A stretch of DNA of 64,000 nucleotides from Endomicrobiia bacterium (lineage in GTDB: Bacteria; Elusimicrobiota; Endomicrobiia; DTEH01): assembly GCA_039630545.1 (NCBI GenBank), contig JBCNUU010000001.1:60052-124051 (forward strand). The letters run 5' to 3'. The notes under the pieces are model-generated. The model ran no database searches, had not been told where the DNA came from, and was given only the letters and a program-made list of their open reading frames with translations. Within the stretch, counting starts at the first letter, position 1. Each line of letters begins with the position of its first letter. Made by a program: the position numbers and the translations under genes. Below, in pieces: positions 9,626-20,534 of the stretch.

Positions 9626-11573
9626 ATTCTTCTTATGTGCGTTTTTGGGAGTTTCTTTTTTGTTTTGTTTTAATAATGATAATATGATGCTTACCGCAGA
9701 AAAAATTGTTTATGAAAAAGAAAAAAATATACTCACAGCAGAACAAAATGTAGAAGTAAAATATAAAGATATTCATTTGCGAACAGAGTCCTTAATTTAT
9801 GATGTAGAGAAAAATGTTATATACATTGACACTACTACCACACTTTTTTATAAAGGAGATGAGATTTTTTTAAAAAAACTTTTATATGAAATAGACAACC
9901 AACTAATAAAAATACATGATTTTTATATTCATTACCATCCTTATTATAGCTACAGCAAAGAGTGTATTATTCAAAAAGAAAAGTTTTTTCTTACAGATTC
10001 GAAAGTTACACATTGTAGTTTAAGAAGACCTCATTATTATTTAGCATCTAAAAAAGTTATAATTTATCCTCACGATAAAATAATAATTTACAATCCTAAA
10101 CTTATTATAAGAAATTTTCCAGTTTTCTGGCTTCCTTATTATAAAATTTCATTAAAGCCAACAAAAGATTATTTAGTGGTGGAGCCTGGTTATGAGAGTG
10201 AAAGAGGTTTAACGACAAGATTAAAATACGGAAGAAAATTAACAGAAGATTTAGAATTAAGAGTAAACTGTGAGAATTACTCTAAAAGCAGTATTGGTTT
10301 ATCTTCAGAGTTAAGATATGACTCTGATTTTTATAACGGCATTATTTATTCCTGTTATATTTCTGAATTTGAAACTAAAACCAACCGTTGGAATATAAGA
10401 ATAAATACCACAAATAGACTTCCATACAGATTTTCCTTCAGAACAAATTTAGAATTTATAAGTGATGAAAGTTTATATTACTATTATAATAAAGAAAGTT
10501 GGTTTTTATTAAAAAGAGAATTAAACTCTTCAGCGTCTTTGTCATGGGATACACAAAAAATTTCAGCTAGAAGTTCTTATTTAAGGAAAGATATTTACTC
10601 TGATGAACACCAGAAATTTATCAACTCCGAAGTTAAAATGCCATCGGAAATTACAGTCTATCCTTTTAACATAAGTAAGTTGAAAATATCAAACAGTTTG
10701 AAAATTGTACCATCTTTGATTGAAAACTCTACATTTTATAAGTTTAATACAGAAAACAATTTTTCTTTAAGTATTCCTTTGGCAGTTTATTTTTTAAGTT
10801 TTACGCCTTCATTAAATATAGTTTCAAATTATATATATCATGTAAACGATTTGTTTTATAATATCTACGGAGTAATTTTCCCCTTAAGAATAAATATTAT
10901 AAAGAGGGGAGGATTGGATCTTGTATACAGCTATAAAATAAAAACTAAAGAAAACAGCTTTGAAGTCTTGGCCTCAACATCTGCTTTCAATAATAGTTTG
11001 CAGGTAAGGTTGGATTTTTATTATAAAAGGAATTTTTTTAGATGTTATACTACATACGACTTTTTAAAGCAAAATAATGTTTGGTATTATAACTTTACTC
11101 CTGTAGTAACTAATATAGGATTTGGATATAAGTTTTTAGATTTTCAGATATATAAAGAATATCTTTTGCAAAAAAGAGTTATCTCTAATTTTCAATTTTC
11201 ATTAACTGCAGCTATACCTAAATATAATAGAATATCTTTGGGATATGGACAAAATTATTATCAGCCAGAGACTCATTATTTTTCTACTCAATTAGATCTA
11301 TATTTTCCTGACAATTTTCAGTTTAAATTAAAAGCATCAACAAATTTTACAAAAAATAAGTTTGAGTTTCCTAGTGTGAGATTTGATTTTTATAAAGATC
11401 TTCATTGCTGGGAAGCAATGATTTTTTGTGATTTAAGAAAATCGCTTTTGACATATGGTCCAGATTATATTTATGAAGTAGGAGGAAATATAGGTTTAAA
11501 ATTTAAACCATATGTTGGAACGGGTGGTAAAGTTTCAGATATAGACAAAAGATATTATCCATGGAGAGAATAA
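9603..11573 (+). CDS. LptD/OstA-like outer-membrane LPS assembly protein
   Basis: Signal peptide, N-terminal OstA-like segment (LTAEKIVYEKEKNILTAEQNVEV...), long Y/F/N-rich beta-barrel-like C-terminus; shorter than E. coli LptD. Confidence 0.5.
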   Translation: MKVFSPYKFFLCAFLGVSFLFCFNNDNMMLTAEKIVYEKEKNILTAEQNVEVKYKDIHLRTESLIYDVEKNVIYIDTTTTLFYKGDEIFLKKLLYEIDNQLIKIHDFYIHYHPYYSYSKECIIQKEKFFLTDSKVTHCSLRRPHYYLASKKVIIYPHDKIIIYNPKLIIRNFPVFWLPYYKISLKPTKDYLVVEPGYESERGLTTRLKYGRKLTEDLELRVNCENYSKSSIGLSSELRYDSDFYNGIIYSCYISEFETKTNRWNIRINTTNRLPYRFSFRTNLEFISDESLYYYYNKESWFLLKRELNSSASLSWDTQKISARSSYLRKDIYSDEHQKFINSEVKMPSEITVYPFNISKLKISNSLKIVPSLIENSTFYKFNTENNFSLSIPLAVYFLSFTPSLNIVSNYIYHVNDLFYNIYGVIFPLRINIIKRGGLDLVYSYKIKTKENSFEVLASTSAFNNSLQVRLDFYYKRNFFRCYTTYDFLKQNNVWYYNFTPVVTNIGFGYKFLDFQIYKEYLLQKRVISNFQFSLTAAIPKYNRISLGYGQNYYQPETHYFSTQLDLYFPDNFQFKLKASTNFTKNKFEFPSVRFDFYKDLHCWEAMIFCDLRKSLLTYGPDYIYEVGGNIGLKFKPYVGTGGKVSDIDKRYYPWRE

Positions 11574-11597
11574 GGTTTATAATTTAAAATTTAAATA

Positions 11598-11626
11598 TTG
11601 ACAAAATAAATTAAATTTTATATTTT
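11598..11626 (+). promoter_or_regulatory. putative sigma70-like promoter (TTGACA -17- TATTTT) upstream of gldA-like operon
   Basis: TTGACA at 11598-11603, 17-nt spacer, TATTTT at 11621-11626; AT-rich background makes chance matches likely. Confidence 0.25.
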
Positions 11627-11681
11627 TGAAATCTAATTTAAAACTCTTTTCCTTATTGTCTTTTTTAATTATTTTAACACC

Positions 11682-12602
11682 ATGATAGAAATTAAAAATG
11701 TCACAAAGACTTTTGGTAAAGTAGTTGCTTTAAATAATGTTTCATTTGATATCAACGACAATGAAATTTTAGGACTTTTAGGTCCTAACGGAGCAGGCAA
11801 GACTACGTTGATGCGTATTATTACTGGCTTTTTAATTGCTGATAGTGGGGTGGTAAAAATTAATGGAAAATTAAATTCTGAAGAATCATTAGATCTAAAA
11901 ATGTTAATAGGATACTTGCCTGAAAATAATCCTCTTTATGAAGATATGAACGTATATGAGTATCTTGATTTTATAGCAGAAACTAGAAATATTAAAAATA
12001 ATAAAAATAGGATAAAAGAAGTAGTTGAAATATGCAAGTTAAATGATGTTTTATTAAGAAATATTTCAGAACTTTCTAAAGGATATAGACAAAGAGTAGG
12101 ATTTGCAGCAGCCATCCTACATGATCCCAAAATTTTAATTTTAGATGAACCTACAGCAGGGTTAGATCCAAATCAAGCTCACGAAGTAAGGCAGTTAATA
12201 AAAGAGTTTAAAAAAGACAAAATAATAATTCTTTCTACTCATATACTTTCTGAAGTTGAAGAAGTAGCTGATAAAGTAGTAATAATAAATAAAGGAGAAA
12301 TAATTGCTCAAGGTGATATTGAGGATCTTCACAGTTTGGTTATGAAGAAAAATGTAATAAAAATAGCTGGCAAATTTAATAAAGACCTAACAGAGTATCT
12401 ACCAATTTTAATAAAAGGCATTTATCAAATAAAATTAACTTCTCAACAAGATGAGATAAAAGAATACGAAATAGAGACAGAAAAAGATGTGGATATAAGA
12501 GAAGAACTTTTTGAGATAGCTGTTAAGGAAAAATGGAAATTAGTTGAACTTCATAGAGTATCTGTTTCTTTACAAGATATATTCATGGAGTTAACAAAAT
12601 GA
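11682..12602 (+). CDS. gldA: ABC transporter ATP-binding protein, GldA-like
   Basis: Walker A GPNGAGKTT, signature LSKGYRQRV, Walker B ILILDEP; overall resemblance to gliding-motility GldA and operon with GldF/GldG-like genes. Confidence 0.6.
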   Translation: MIEIKNVTKTFGKVVALNNVSFDINDNEILGLLGPNGAGKTTLMRIITGFLIADSGVVKINGKLNSEESLDLKMLIGYLPENNPLYEDMNVYEYLDFIAETRNIKNNKNRIKEVVEICKLNDVLLRNISELSKGYRQRVGFAAAILHDPKILILDEPTAGLDPNQAHEVRQLIKEFKKDKIIILSTHILSEVEEVADKVVIINKGEIIAQGDIEDLHSLVMKKNVIKIAGKFNKDLTEYLPILIKGIYQIKLTSQQDEIKEYEIETEKDVDIREELFEIAVKEKWKLVELHRVSVSLQDIFMELTK

Positions 12603-13309
12603 GAAGTCTAAGCAAAGAAAGGATATTAACAATATTCAAAAAAGAATTTAGATTATATTTTAATTCTCCTATTGCATACATTGTAATTTCTATATTTCTT
12701 GTAATATCCGGATTTTTTTATTCTAGACCATTATTTATTCAAAATTATGCTACAATGAGACATTACTTTGATGTGCTTCCACTTTTTTTGTTGTTTTTTG
12801 TACCTGCTATAAGCATGAAAATTTTTTCAGAAGAATATAAAACAGGAACTATAGAAGTTATTTATACTTTACCATTTAGTAAATTAGATATCATACTAGG
12901 AAAATATCTTTCAGTATTAACATTAGTCTGTGGAGGAATAATATTGACCTTGATTTATCCTATTAGTTTGTTTTTGATTGGTAAACCAGATGTGGGAATG
13001 TTGTTTTCTAGTTACTTAGGAGTTATTTTTCTTTGTATATTTTTTTGTAGTATAGGTGTTTTTGCTTCTAGTGTTACAAAAAATCAGATAGTAAGTTATA
13101 TTATAGCCTTTTTTATAATGTTTATATTTTTCATTATAGGCAAAATGGGAATGTTTTTACCTCAATGGTTATATTATGCAGGAATAGATTTTCATTATGA
13201 TAACTTTGTCAGAGGAATAATAGATATAAGAGATATAATATTTTTCATTTCCTTAGCTGGATTTTTTATTTACCTTACTTATGTTTCTATGTCATATAGA
13301 ATAAGATGA
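12599..13309 (+). CDS. ABC-2 family permease, GldF-like
   Basis: 6 predicted TM helices, 236 aa, overlaps upstream ATPase gene by 4 nt. Confidence 0.55.
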   Translation: MRSLSKERILTIFKKEFRLYFNSPIAYIVISIFLVISGFFYSRPLFIQNYATMRHYFDVLPLFLLFFVPAISMKIFSEEYKTGTIEVIYTLPFSKLDIILGKYLSVLTLVCGGIILTLIYPISLFLIGKPDVGMLFSSYLGVIFLCIFFCSIGVFASSVTKNQIVSYIIAFFIMFIFFIIGKMGMFLPQWLYYAGIDFHYDNFVRGIIDIRDIIFFISLAGFFIYLTYVSMSYRIR

Positions 13310-14859
13310 AAGACAAAAAGAATTTAATAATAAATGTAGCTTTTGCAGTGATAGTTATAATTTTATTAAATTTAATCTTTTACTTTGGTTTTTTTAGAGT
13401 GGATCTTACTTCAAACAAAATTTACTCCTTATCTAAAGCTTCAAAAAAATTAGTCTCAAAATTTGATGACTACATAATCATCAGAGCAGTATTCAGCAAA
13501 CTTCTTCCTGAACAGTTTAAGTTTATAAAACTTTATGTGGAGGATATACTTAAAGAATACAGAATAGCATCTCGTGGTAAAATAAAATTTGAATTTATAG
13601 ATCCTCAACAACCAAGATCCAAGTTTAATGAACAGGAAATTCAATCTATGGGTATTGTCCCTGTAGAATTTACGGTGTTAGAGAAAGATAAATTTGAGGT
13701 TAAAAAAGGCTACATGGGGTTAGCAATGCTTTATAAAGACAAAAAAGAAGTAATACCAGTGGTAAACAATATAGAAACCTTAGAATATGATATTACATCG
13801 GCATTAAAGCGTCTTACAATGAAAGAAAAGAAAGTGCTAGGTGTTTTAAGCTCTCATAGAAGTAACACATTATCCGGAGATAATTACTTTAGGTTCAGAC
13901 AACACATTGAAAAGACATATAGTTTAAAAGAAGTAGAAATTTCCTCTGATAGTCTAAAAGATATAGAAGGTTTAGTAATAATATCTCCCAAAGAGAACTT
14001 TGATAATAAAGAGTTATTCTACCTAGATCAATATATTCTTTCAGGTAAACCTGTAGCATTTTTATTAAGTAGATATAATATCAATCTTCAAACTTTTTGG
14101 GCATATAAGATTTACTCTAACATATTTGATTTATTGGCTCACTATGGAATTGAATTTACAGAAGGATTAATTGCTGATTATAAGTGTCAAAGAGTTCAAC
14201 TTACTTCAAGGCATGGTTTTTTCATAATGACAAATTTAATAGATTATCCCTATATGCCTATAGTAACAGATTTAAATAAAACTCATCCTTTAGTAAAAGA
14301 CATTTCTCAAGTAGTTTTGCCATTCGTAGCTTCTATTAGTGTCAAGTCAGATCTAAAAGATGTTTCTTATACTATTCTAATGAAAACTTCAAAACATAGT
14401 TTTATTAAAAAAGATGTCTTTTCTATTAATCCATTGACAGTTGATTTCAAAATGCCTAAAGATGCGCAAAAGGGGCCGTTCATTGTAGGTGTAGAGTTAA
14501 GAGGTAAGCTAAAAAGTTTTTATGAAAAAGAAGAAAAATTTAAAGAATTGAAATTAAATTTAAGCTCATATCTAAAAGAAACCACTCAGAATAAGGAGTC
14601 AAGAATTTTAGTGATTTCTACAGGTGAATTTGTAGAGCAAGAATTAGGATTGTTGTCAAATATATTTGACTATCTAGCTCAGGAGCAAGATCTGCTTTCT
14701 ATAAGAGGCAAAGATGTGACTCCTTCGCCTTTAAGAGTTGTATCGCCTACATTTAAAATAGTATATAGGTACTTTGTTATGATTGTACCTACTGTTTTGG
14801 TAATAGGCTTTGGTATGTTAAGATGGTATTATAGGAAAAATAGGTTGATACAGTTATGA
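13306..14859 (+). CDS. GldG-like ABC transporter auxiliary component (COG3225-like)
   Basis: N- and C-terminal TM anchors flanking a large periplasmic domain, 517 aa, conserved gene order after GldA/GldF homologs. Confidence 0.5.
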   Translation: MKDKKNLIINVAFAVIVIILLNLIFYFGFFRVDLTSNKIYSLSKASKKLVSKFDDYIIIRAVFSKLLPEQFKFIKLYVEDILKEYRIASRGKIKFEFIDPQQPRSKFNEQEIQSMGIVPVEFTVLEKDKFEVKKGYMGLAMLYKDKKEVIPVVNNIETLEYDITSALKRLTMKEKKVLGVLSSHRSNTLSGDNYFRFRQHIEKTYSLKEVEISSDSLKDIEGLVIISPKENFDNKELFYLDQYILSGKPVAFLLSRYNINLQTFWAYKIYSNIFDLLAHYGIEFTEGLIADYKCQRVQLTSRHGFFIMTNLIDYPYMPIVTDLNKTHPLVKDISQVVLPFVASISVKSDLKDVSYTILMKTSKHSFIKKDVFSINPLTVDFKMPKDAQKGPFIVGVELRGKLKSFYEKEEKFKELKLNLSSYLKETTQNKESRILVISTGEFVEQELGLLSNIFDYLAQEQDLLSIRGKDVTPSPLRVVSPTFKIVYRYFVMIVPTVLVIGFGMLRWYYRKNRLIQL

Positions 14860-15815
14860 AAAATTACATTAGATGGTTAATTTTGATAACTATTCTTTTA
14901 GGTATCTTTTTTGTAAGATTGTTTAAAAGAACTTATAGTTTTTCTAAAAAGATATTTAAAAATAAAGAAGTCGTTGAGATAGAGTTTACCAGTTTAGATA
15001 ATAAGAATATAAATATAAAAAAAGAAGCGAATACCTGGAAAGTAAAAACCTTGGCAAAGAGCTATCCTCCTAATGAAAATTTAATTAAAGAATTAGTGGA
15101 AAAAATAAATAAATTTGAACTTCTTGATGTGGTAACAGAGGATCCTAAAAGGTATGAAGAGTATCTAGTAAATGAAGCTTCGGCTACGGTTGTAAAAATA
15201 TTTTTTAAAAAAGAAAAAAAACCAAAAATAGTGTATTTTGGTAAAACAGGTGGATTTTCTTTTAATGAAATTTATGTAAGGATAGAAAAAGATCCTAAAG
15301 TTTATCTTGCAAAAGGTATCAGTAGTTTCAATTTTAAAAACTACTTCTATGAGTTTTGTGATAAAACAGTTTTAAAATCCAATGTGGATGAAATAGAGAC
15401 TATAAGTATAGATTTTCAGAATAAGATTCTTTCTTTTAAAAAGGAGCTAAAAGATTCTACAACCAGCTGGATAAATTTAAAAACATCTAAATCAGTAGAG
15501 CTTCAAAAAATTGACAATTTTTTAAGATTATTTTCAATTTTTACTTCGGATGTTATTTTAGAGGAAACAGATTTAGAAGATGTTAAAAAATTGAAAATAG
15601 ATTTTAAAATAGCTATAGATTTTAAAGATAAATCAAAAATAGAGTTAACTTTTTACAAAGAACAAAAAATAAGAGACATTCCTGTCTATCCTGTCAAGAT
15701 AACCTATACTACAAAACCCTCTTCTGTAGAAGTAATAGGTGTTGAAGATATTATGTATGGCGTGTATAGATATAAATATGATGATTTCACCAACCGCATT
15801 ACTCCGTTAAAATAG
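14856..15815 (+). CDS. DUF4340-like protein, usual partner of GldG-type operons
   Basis: N-terminal TM, 319 aa, 4-nt overlap with upstream gene; family assignment from gene context and size. Confidence 0.35.
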   Translation: MKNYIRWLILITILLGIFFVRLFKRTYSFSKKIFKNKEVVEIEFTSLDNKNINIKKEANTWKVKTLAKSYPPNENLIKELVEKINKFELLDVVTEDPKRYEEYLVNEASATVVKIFFKKEKKPKIVYFGKTGGFSFNEIYVRIEKDPKVYLAKGISSFNFKNYFYEFCDKTVLKSNVDEIETISIDFQNKILSFKKELKDSTTSWINLKTSKSVELQKIDNFLRLFSIFTSDVILEETDLEDVKKLKIDFKIAIDFKDKSKIELTFYKEQKIRDIPVYPVKITYTTKPSSVEVIGVEDIMYGVYRYKYDDFTNRITPLK

Positions 15816-15872
15816 TTTATTTAGATATTGTTTTCTACTTTTGTATTTTGTAAAAATAAAATCTTAAATTTT

Positions 15873-17450
15873 ATGAAAGAAAAAATTTATATTTTTGACA
15901 CAACTCTAAGAGATGGGGAACAATCACCTGGTGCTTCGCTTACTGCTAAAGAAAAATTAGAAATTGCTTTTCAACTTGAAAAATTAAATGTAGATGTAAT
16001 AGAAGCTGGTTTTCCAGTGGCATCTTCGGGAGACTATGAAGCGGTTTCATTAATTGCTAAAAATATAAAAACTCCCGTAATAGCCGCTCTTGCTAGAGCA
16101 AAAAAGGCAGACATAGAGACAGCCGCCTCCTCATTAAAAAACGCAAAACGTCCAAGAATTCACACCTTTATTGCCACTTCTGATATACACATTAAATATA
16201 AACTTAAAATGACAAGACAACAGGTACTAGATGCAGCTGTTGAGGCTGTAAAATATGCCAGAAAATTTACAGATGATGTTGAGTTTTCCTGTGAGGATGC
16301 TGCCAGGTCTGATTTAGATTTTATGTGTAAGGTTATAGAAGAAACTATTAAAGCAGGTGCTACTGTAATAAATATTCCTGATACAGTAGGTTATTCTGTT
16401 CCGGAAGAATTTGGAGAAATTATTAGAAAAGTAAAAAACAAAGTTCCAAATATAGACAAATGTATAATTTCTGTTCATTGTCATAATGATTTAGGTTTAG
16501 CTGTTGCAAACTCAATCTCAGCTATAATAAATGGAGCAAGACAAGTTGAATGTACTATTAATGGTATTGGAGAAAGAGCGGGAAATGCCTCTTTAGAAGA
16601 AATAGTAATGATTATAAAAACTAAAGGAAAACTTGGTCTAATGGAAAATTTTTATACTGATATTAACACAAAAGAAATATATCCAACAAGTAAATTGGTA
16701 TCAAACCTAACAGGTATAGTAGTTCAGCCAAATAAAGCAATAGTAGGAAAGAATGCTTTTAGGCATGAATCTGGTATTCATCAAGATGGTATAATTAAAC
16801 AAAGATTGACCTATGAAATAATAAGTCCAAAAGATGTAGGTGTACCATCAAGTGAACTTGTTTTAGGGAAACATTCTGGAAGACACGCATTAGCTAAGAG
16901 GTTAAATGAATTAGGATATAAAGTAAGCAAAAAACTACTTGATAAAATTTTTGTTAAATTTAAAATATTAGCAGACAAAAAAAAGGATATTTTTGATGAA
17001 GATTTAATTGCTATATTAAATGAAGAGTTAGGAAAAGAAAATCAGCAGTTAGAATTAAAGTATTTTCATATAAACAGTGGAACAGGGATTATTCCTACAG
17101 CTACAGTTGAGTTAGTTGTTAAAGAAGGCTCAAATCAAAAGGTATTAAGAGAAGTAGAATATGGCGATGGGCCTGTTGATGCGGCATATAAGGCTATAGA
17201 TAAAATTTTACTTAAATTGTTAAATTTAAAAAATCCACCAAAACTTGTTGACTATCAACTTAAAGCGATTTCTTCTGGAAAAGATGCTCAAGGAGAGGTA
17301 GTTGTGAAGCTAGAATATAAGGGTGATTTTTTTACTGGAAGGGGTGTTTCTACTGATATAATTGAAGCAAGTATTAAATCTTACATTTCTTGCTGGAATA
17401 ATATGTTAATAAGAAAAAAATTTTCTAAGAAGGTAAAGATATCTTTATAA
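15873..17450 (+). CDS. 2-isopropylmalate synthase / (R)-citramalate synthase family (LeuA/CimA)
   Basis: [13 protein letters not shown] catalytic motif, HxH metal site region (VHCHNDLG), C-terminal LeuA-dimer regulatory domain; ATG 15873 preferred over track start 15828; adjacent leuC/leuD. Confidence 0.8.
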   Translation: MKEKIYIFDTTLRDGEQSPGASLTAKEKLEIAFQLEKLNVDVIEAGFPVASSGDYEAVSLIAKNIKTPVIAALARAKKADIETAASSLKNAKRPRIHTFIATSDIHIKYKLKMTRQQVLDAAVEAVKYARKFTDDVEFSCEDAARSDLDFMCKVIEETIKAGATVINIPDTVGYSVPEEFGEIIRKVKNKVPNIDKCIISVHCHNDLGLAVANSISAIINGARQVECTINGIGERAGNASLEEIVMIIKTKGKLGLMENFYTDINTKEIYPTSKLVSNLTGIVVQPNKAIVGKNAFRHESGIHQDGIIKQRLTYEIISPKDVGVPSSELVLGKHSGRHALAKRLNELGYKVSKKLLDKIFVKFKILADKKKDIFDEDLIAILNEELGKENQQLELKYFHINSGTGIIPTATVELVVKEGSNQKVLREVEYGDGPVDAAYKAIDKILLKLLNLKNPPKLVDYQLKAISSGKDAQGEVVVKLEYKGDFFTGRGVSTDIIEASIKSYISCWNNMLIRKKFSKKVKISL

Positions 17451-17459
17451 TTACTATCA

Positions 17460-18740
17460 ATGAATATCAAACCTCAAACAATTACTCAGAAAATAATTGC
17501 TAAGCATTCTAACAAAAAATATGTAGAAGAAGATGAGTTTGTTTTAGCAAATGTGGATTTAGCCTTAAGCAATGATGTGACCACACCTTTAGCAATAAAG
17601 CAGTTCTATAAAATATTTGAAGGAATAAAAGAACCTGAACTTTTTAATAAAAACAAAATAGCTATTGTTATGGATCATTTTACTCCTAATAAGGATATAA
17701 ACTCTGCACAACAGAACAAATTTACTCAAGAATTTGCCAGGAAGTTTAAAATAAAACATTTTTATTTTGGAGGATGTGCTGGTATAGAACATGCTTTGCT
17801 TCCTGAAGAGGGTTTAGTTTCTTCAGGAGATTTAGTAATAGGGGCAGATTCTCATACTTGTACTTATGGTGCTTTAGGTGCGTTTGCTACAGGTGTTGGT
17901 TCTACTGATTTAGCTTTTGTGTGGGCGACGGGAAAGATATGGCTTAAAGTTCCAAAAAGTATCAAAGTTATTTATTATGGAAAACTTAATAAAAATGTAG
18001 TTGGCAAAGATTTAATTTTAGCAACTATTAAAAAATTAGGAGTTGATGGAGCAAACTATAGAGCTTTAGAGTTTAGCGGCGAGGTAGTTTCTAAATTAAG
18101 TATATATAGCAGATTCACAATGAGTAATATGGCAATAGAATGCGGAGCGAAAAATGGAATTTTTGAACCCGATGAAACAACATACAGATACTTAAAACAA
18201 ACAAAAACGAAAATTCAAAAAGAAAAATTTTTAAAAAGTGACAAAGAAGCTAAGTATGAAAATATTATTGAGATAAACTGTAACGAGGTTTATCCTCAAG
18301 TAGCCTTACCACATTTACCTTCAAATTGTGTAAATGTTAGAGATCTAAAAGAAAAAATATATATTGATCAGGTTGTAATAGGTTCATGTACTAACGGCTG
18401 GTATGAAGATCTTTATTTGGCAGCAAAAATATTAAAAAATAAAAAAGTAAATCCTAACGTAAGATGTTTAATTTTTCCTGCCACACCTAAGATTTACAAA
18501 CAAGCATTAAAAAATGGACTAATAGAGATTTTTCTTAATGCTGGTTGTGTGGTAAATCCTCCTACCTGTGGGCCATGTTTGGGAGGCCATTTAGGAATTC
18601 TGGCAGAAAATGAAAAAGCAGTTGCCACAACCAACAGAAATTTTATAGGCCGTATGGGCCATATTAAAAGTGAAGTTTATCTTACAAATCCAATAGTTGC
18701 AGCTTACTCTGCAATAAGAGGATACATAGCTGATTCTTAA
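17460..18740 (+). CDS. leuC: 3-isopropylmalate dehydratase large subunit, small archaeal-type
   Basis: Aconitase-family Fe-S motifs (GSCTNG, CGPCLG), 426 aa. Confidence 0.8.
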   Translation: MNIKPQTITQKIIAKHSNKKYVEEDEFVLANVDLALSNDVTTPLAIKQFYKIFEGIKEPELFNKNKIAIVMDHFTPNKDINSAQQNKFTQEFARKFKIKHFYFGGCAGIEHALLPEEGLVSSGDLVIGADSHTCTYGALGAFATGVGSTDLAFVWATGKIWLKVPKSIKVIYYGKLNKNVVGKDLILATIKKLGVDGANYRALEFSGEVVSKLSIYSRFTMSNMAIECGAKNGIFEPDETTYRYLKQTKTKIQKEKFLKSDKEAKYENIIEINCNEVYPQVALPHLPSNCVNVRDLKEKIYIDQVVIGSCTNGWYEDLYLAAKILKNKKVNPNVRCLIFPATPKIYKQALKNGLIEIFLNAGCVVNPPTCGPCLGGHLGILAENEKAVATTNRNFIGRMGHIKSEVYLTNPIVAAYSAIRGYIADS

Positions 18741-19462
18741 ACTTTTTTATTATATTTTCTTAGATATTTAATAAGTAGCTGCATATCTTTTGGCAATGGA
18801 GCAGTTAATTCTATTTGTTGTTTTTTTCTAAAATGGAAAAACTTAATCTTGTAAGAATGTAGTGCTTGTCTTTCTATTAATGGTTTTTCTGAATTTTTCT
18901 TTTTATAGTTTTTTTTAATTGAGGATAAATAAAAGCAGTTTTTACCACTGTAAAGTTGGTCAGCCACTACTGGATAGCCTATTGTAGTAAGATGAATTCT
19001 TATTTGATGGCGTCTTCCTGTTAGAGGTTTAAGTTCTAGTAATGTGTAGTCTTTAAATTCTTCTAACACTTTATAAAAAGTTATAGATTCTTTACCATCT
19101 TTAAAATCTATTTTCATTCTTTGAGGATTGTTTTTGTCTTGAGAAATAGGAAGTTCAATTTTTCCTTCCTTTGTAGGCAGGTTTCCGTATACTACTGCTA
19201 AATATGTTTTTTCAACTTCATGAAGAAAAAATCTTTTAGTTAATTCCTTATGAGCTAAAGGATTTTTGGCAAAACATACTATTCCTGAAGTATCTTTGTC
19301 AATTCTATGAATAATATATACCCTGTTGTAGTATCCTTCAAGAATCTCAAGTAAGTTTTCTTTAAATATCTCAAATCTATCTGGTATTGTAAGTAATCCT
19401 GGCGGTTTGTTTATCACTATATAGTCGTCATCTTCATAAATTATCAATGTTTTTATTTCCAT
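18737..19462 (-). CDS. RluA-family pseudouridine synthase
   Basis: HRIDKDTSGIV catalytic-Asp motif, 241 aa. Confidence 0.7.
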   Translation of the reverse strand: MEIKTLIIYEDDDYIVINKPPGLLTIPDRFEIFKENLLEILEGYYNRVYIIHRIDKDTSGIVCFAKNPLAHKELTKRFFLHEVEKTYLAVVYGNLPTKEGKIELPISQDKNNPQRMKIDFKDGKESITFYKVLEEFKDYTLLELKPLTGRRHQIRIHLTTIGYPVVADQLYSGKNCFYLSSIKKNYKKKNSEKPLIERQALHSYKIKFFHFRKKQQIELTAPLPKDMQLLIKYLRKYNKKV

Positions 19463-19531
19463 ATTGAAAAGTATAATAAATTTTTATAAAATAATTTTCA
19501 ATAAAATCGTTGATAATAGGTAAATACAAAA

Positions 19532-20044
19532 ATGTTCTTTAAAAAATTTTTTAGAGTTTCTTTATATTTTTTAGTTGGTTTAATTTTGATTAATATTTTT
19601 TATCTTTTTATTCAGGAGATATACTACTTGCCTTTTACAATTCAAATAATAAAGCTTAAAAAATGGAAAGATAAGTTTGAAGTGTTTTTAAAAGAAGAAC
19701 AAAAGAGAGTAAATTCTGCAGTGTCAGAGTTAGAAGCTATAAATAAAAAAATAAGAAATTACTCAAGAAGAATAAGTCTTGGAGAATATCATCTTATAGA
19801 TAAGTATAATAGTATGGTGAATGAGTATTATTATCTGGCTAAAAATTATGAGACTTTATTTAAAAATCACAAAAAAAATTTAATGTTATTTGATGAAAAT
19901 TCAAAAAGATTAAAACGACTTATAAATGACTATGGGAGAAGGAGATTTATTTTATTTTTACCATTTAAATTTAAATATGAAGTCAAAAGAGGCGAAGTTT
20001 CCTATAAGATATCTAAGTTAGGTGCTCATGAAAATAATAGGTAA
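19532..20044 (+). CDS. hypothetical membrane-anchored coiled-coil protein
   Basis: N-terminal TM then K/E/R-rich region; 3' end overlaps leuD start; no recognisable family. Confidence 0.3.
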   Translation: MFFKKFFRVSLYFLVGLILINIFYLFIQEIYYLPFTIQIIKLKKWKDKFEVFLKEEQKRVNSAVSELEAINKKIRNYSRRISLGEYHLIDKYNSMVNEYYYLAKNYETLFKNHKKNLMLFDENSKRLKRLINDYGRRRFILFLPFKFKYEVKRGEVSYKISKLGAHENNR

Positions 20045-20534
20045 AGTATATAAATGTCCTGATAACATTGATACTGATGTAATCATTCCTGCTAAGTATC
20101 TAAATACTTCTGATGAAAAAGTATTAGCTTTACATTGTTTGGAACCTTTTGTAGAACAAACCGGGAAAAAAATTTCTGCTGAAAATATTATAGTTGCAGG
20201 AAAAAACTTTGGATGTGGGTCTTCAAGAGAACATGCTCCTTTGGCTATTAAAGCTTTGGGGATAAAATGTGTTATTGCTGAAAGTTTTGCAAGGATATTT
20301 TTTAGAAATGCGATCAATATTGGACTACCAGTTGTAGAGTTGAAAGACGCATCTAAATTTTTTGTTGATGGTGAAGAAATAGAGGTAGACTTATCTTGTG
20401 GGACTGTTAAAAAATTTTCCAGTGGAGAGTTATATAATTTCCCTCCTTTTCCTGAATTTTTACAAAAGTTAATTTTAGCTGGTGGTCTGGTTGAGTTTTT
20501 AAGAGAAAGTTTGATAAATGGCAAAGGAATATAG
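20028..20534 (+). CDS. leuD: 3-isopropylmalate dehydratase small subunit
   Basis: LeuD/aconitase swivel domain (GDNIDTD-like PDNIDTDVIIPAKYL, GKNFGCGSSREHAP), ATG at 20028 inside track ORF 20022..20534. Confidence 0.8.
   Translation: MKIIGKVYKCPDNIDTDVIIPAKYLNTSDEKVLALHCLEPFVEQTGKKISAENIIVAGKNFGCGSSREHAPLAIKALGIKCVIAESFARIFFRNAINIGLPVVELKDASKFFVDGEEIEVDLSCGTVKKFSSGELYNFPPFPEFLQKLILAGGLVEFLRESLINGKGI

Noticed and set aside
15816-15872. Leucine leader/T-box or attenuator upstream of leuA
   Set aside because: Only ~57 nt of AT-rich spacer, no specifier/T-box conserved sequence and no terminator/antiterminator hairpins.
19532-20044. Treating 19532..20044 as a spurious ORF
   Set aside because: Not rejected outright: it has an N-terminal TM and fills the leuC-leuD gap on the sense strand, but no family support; kept as low-confidence CDS.
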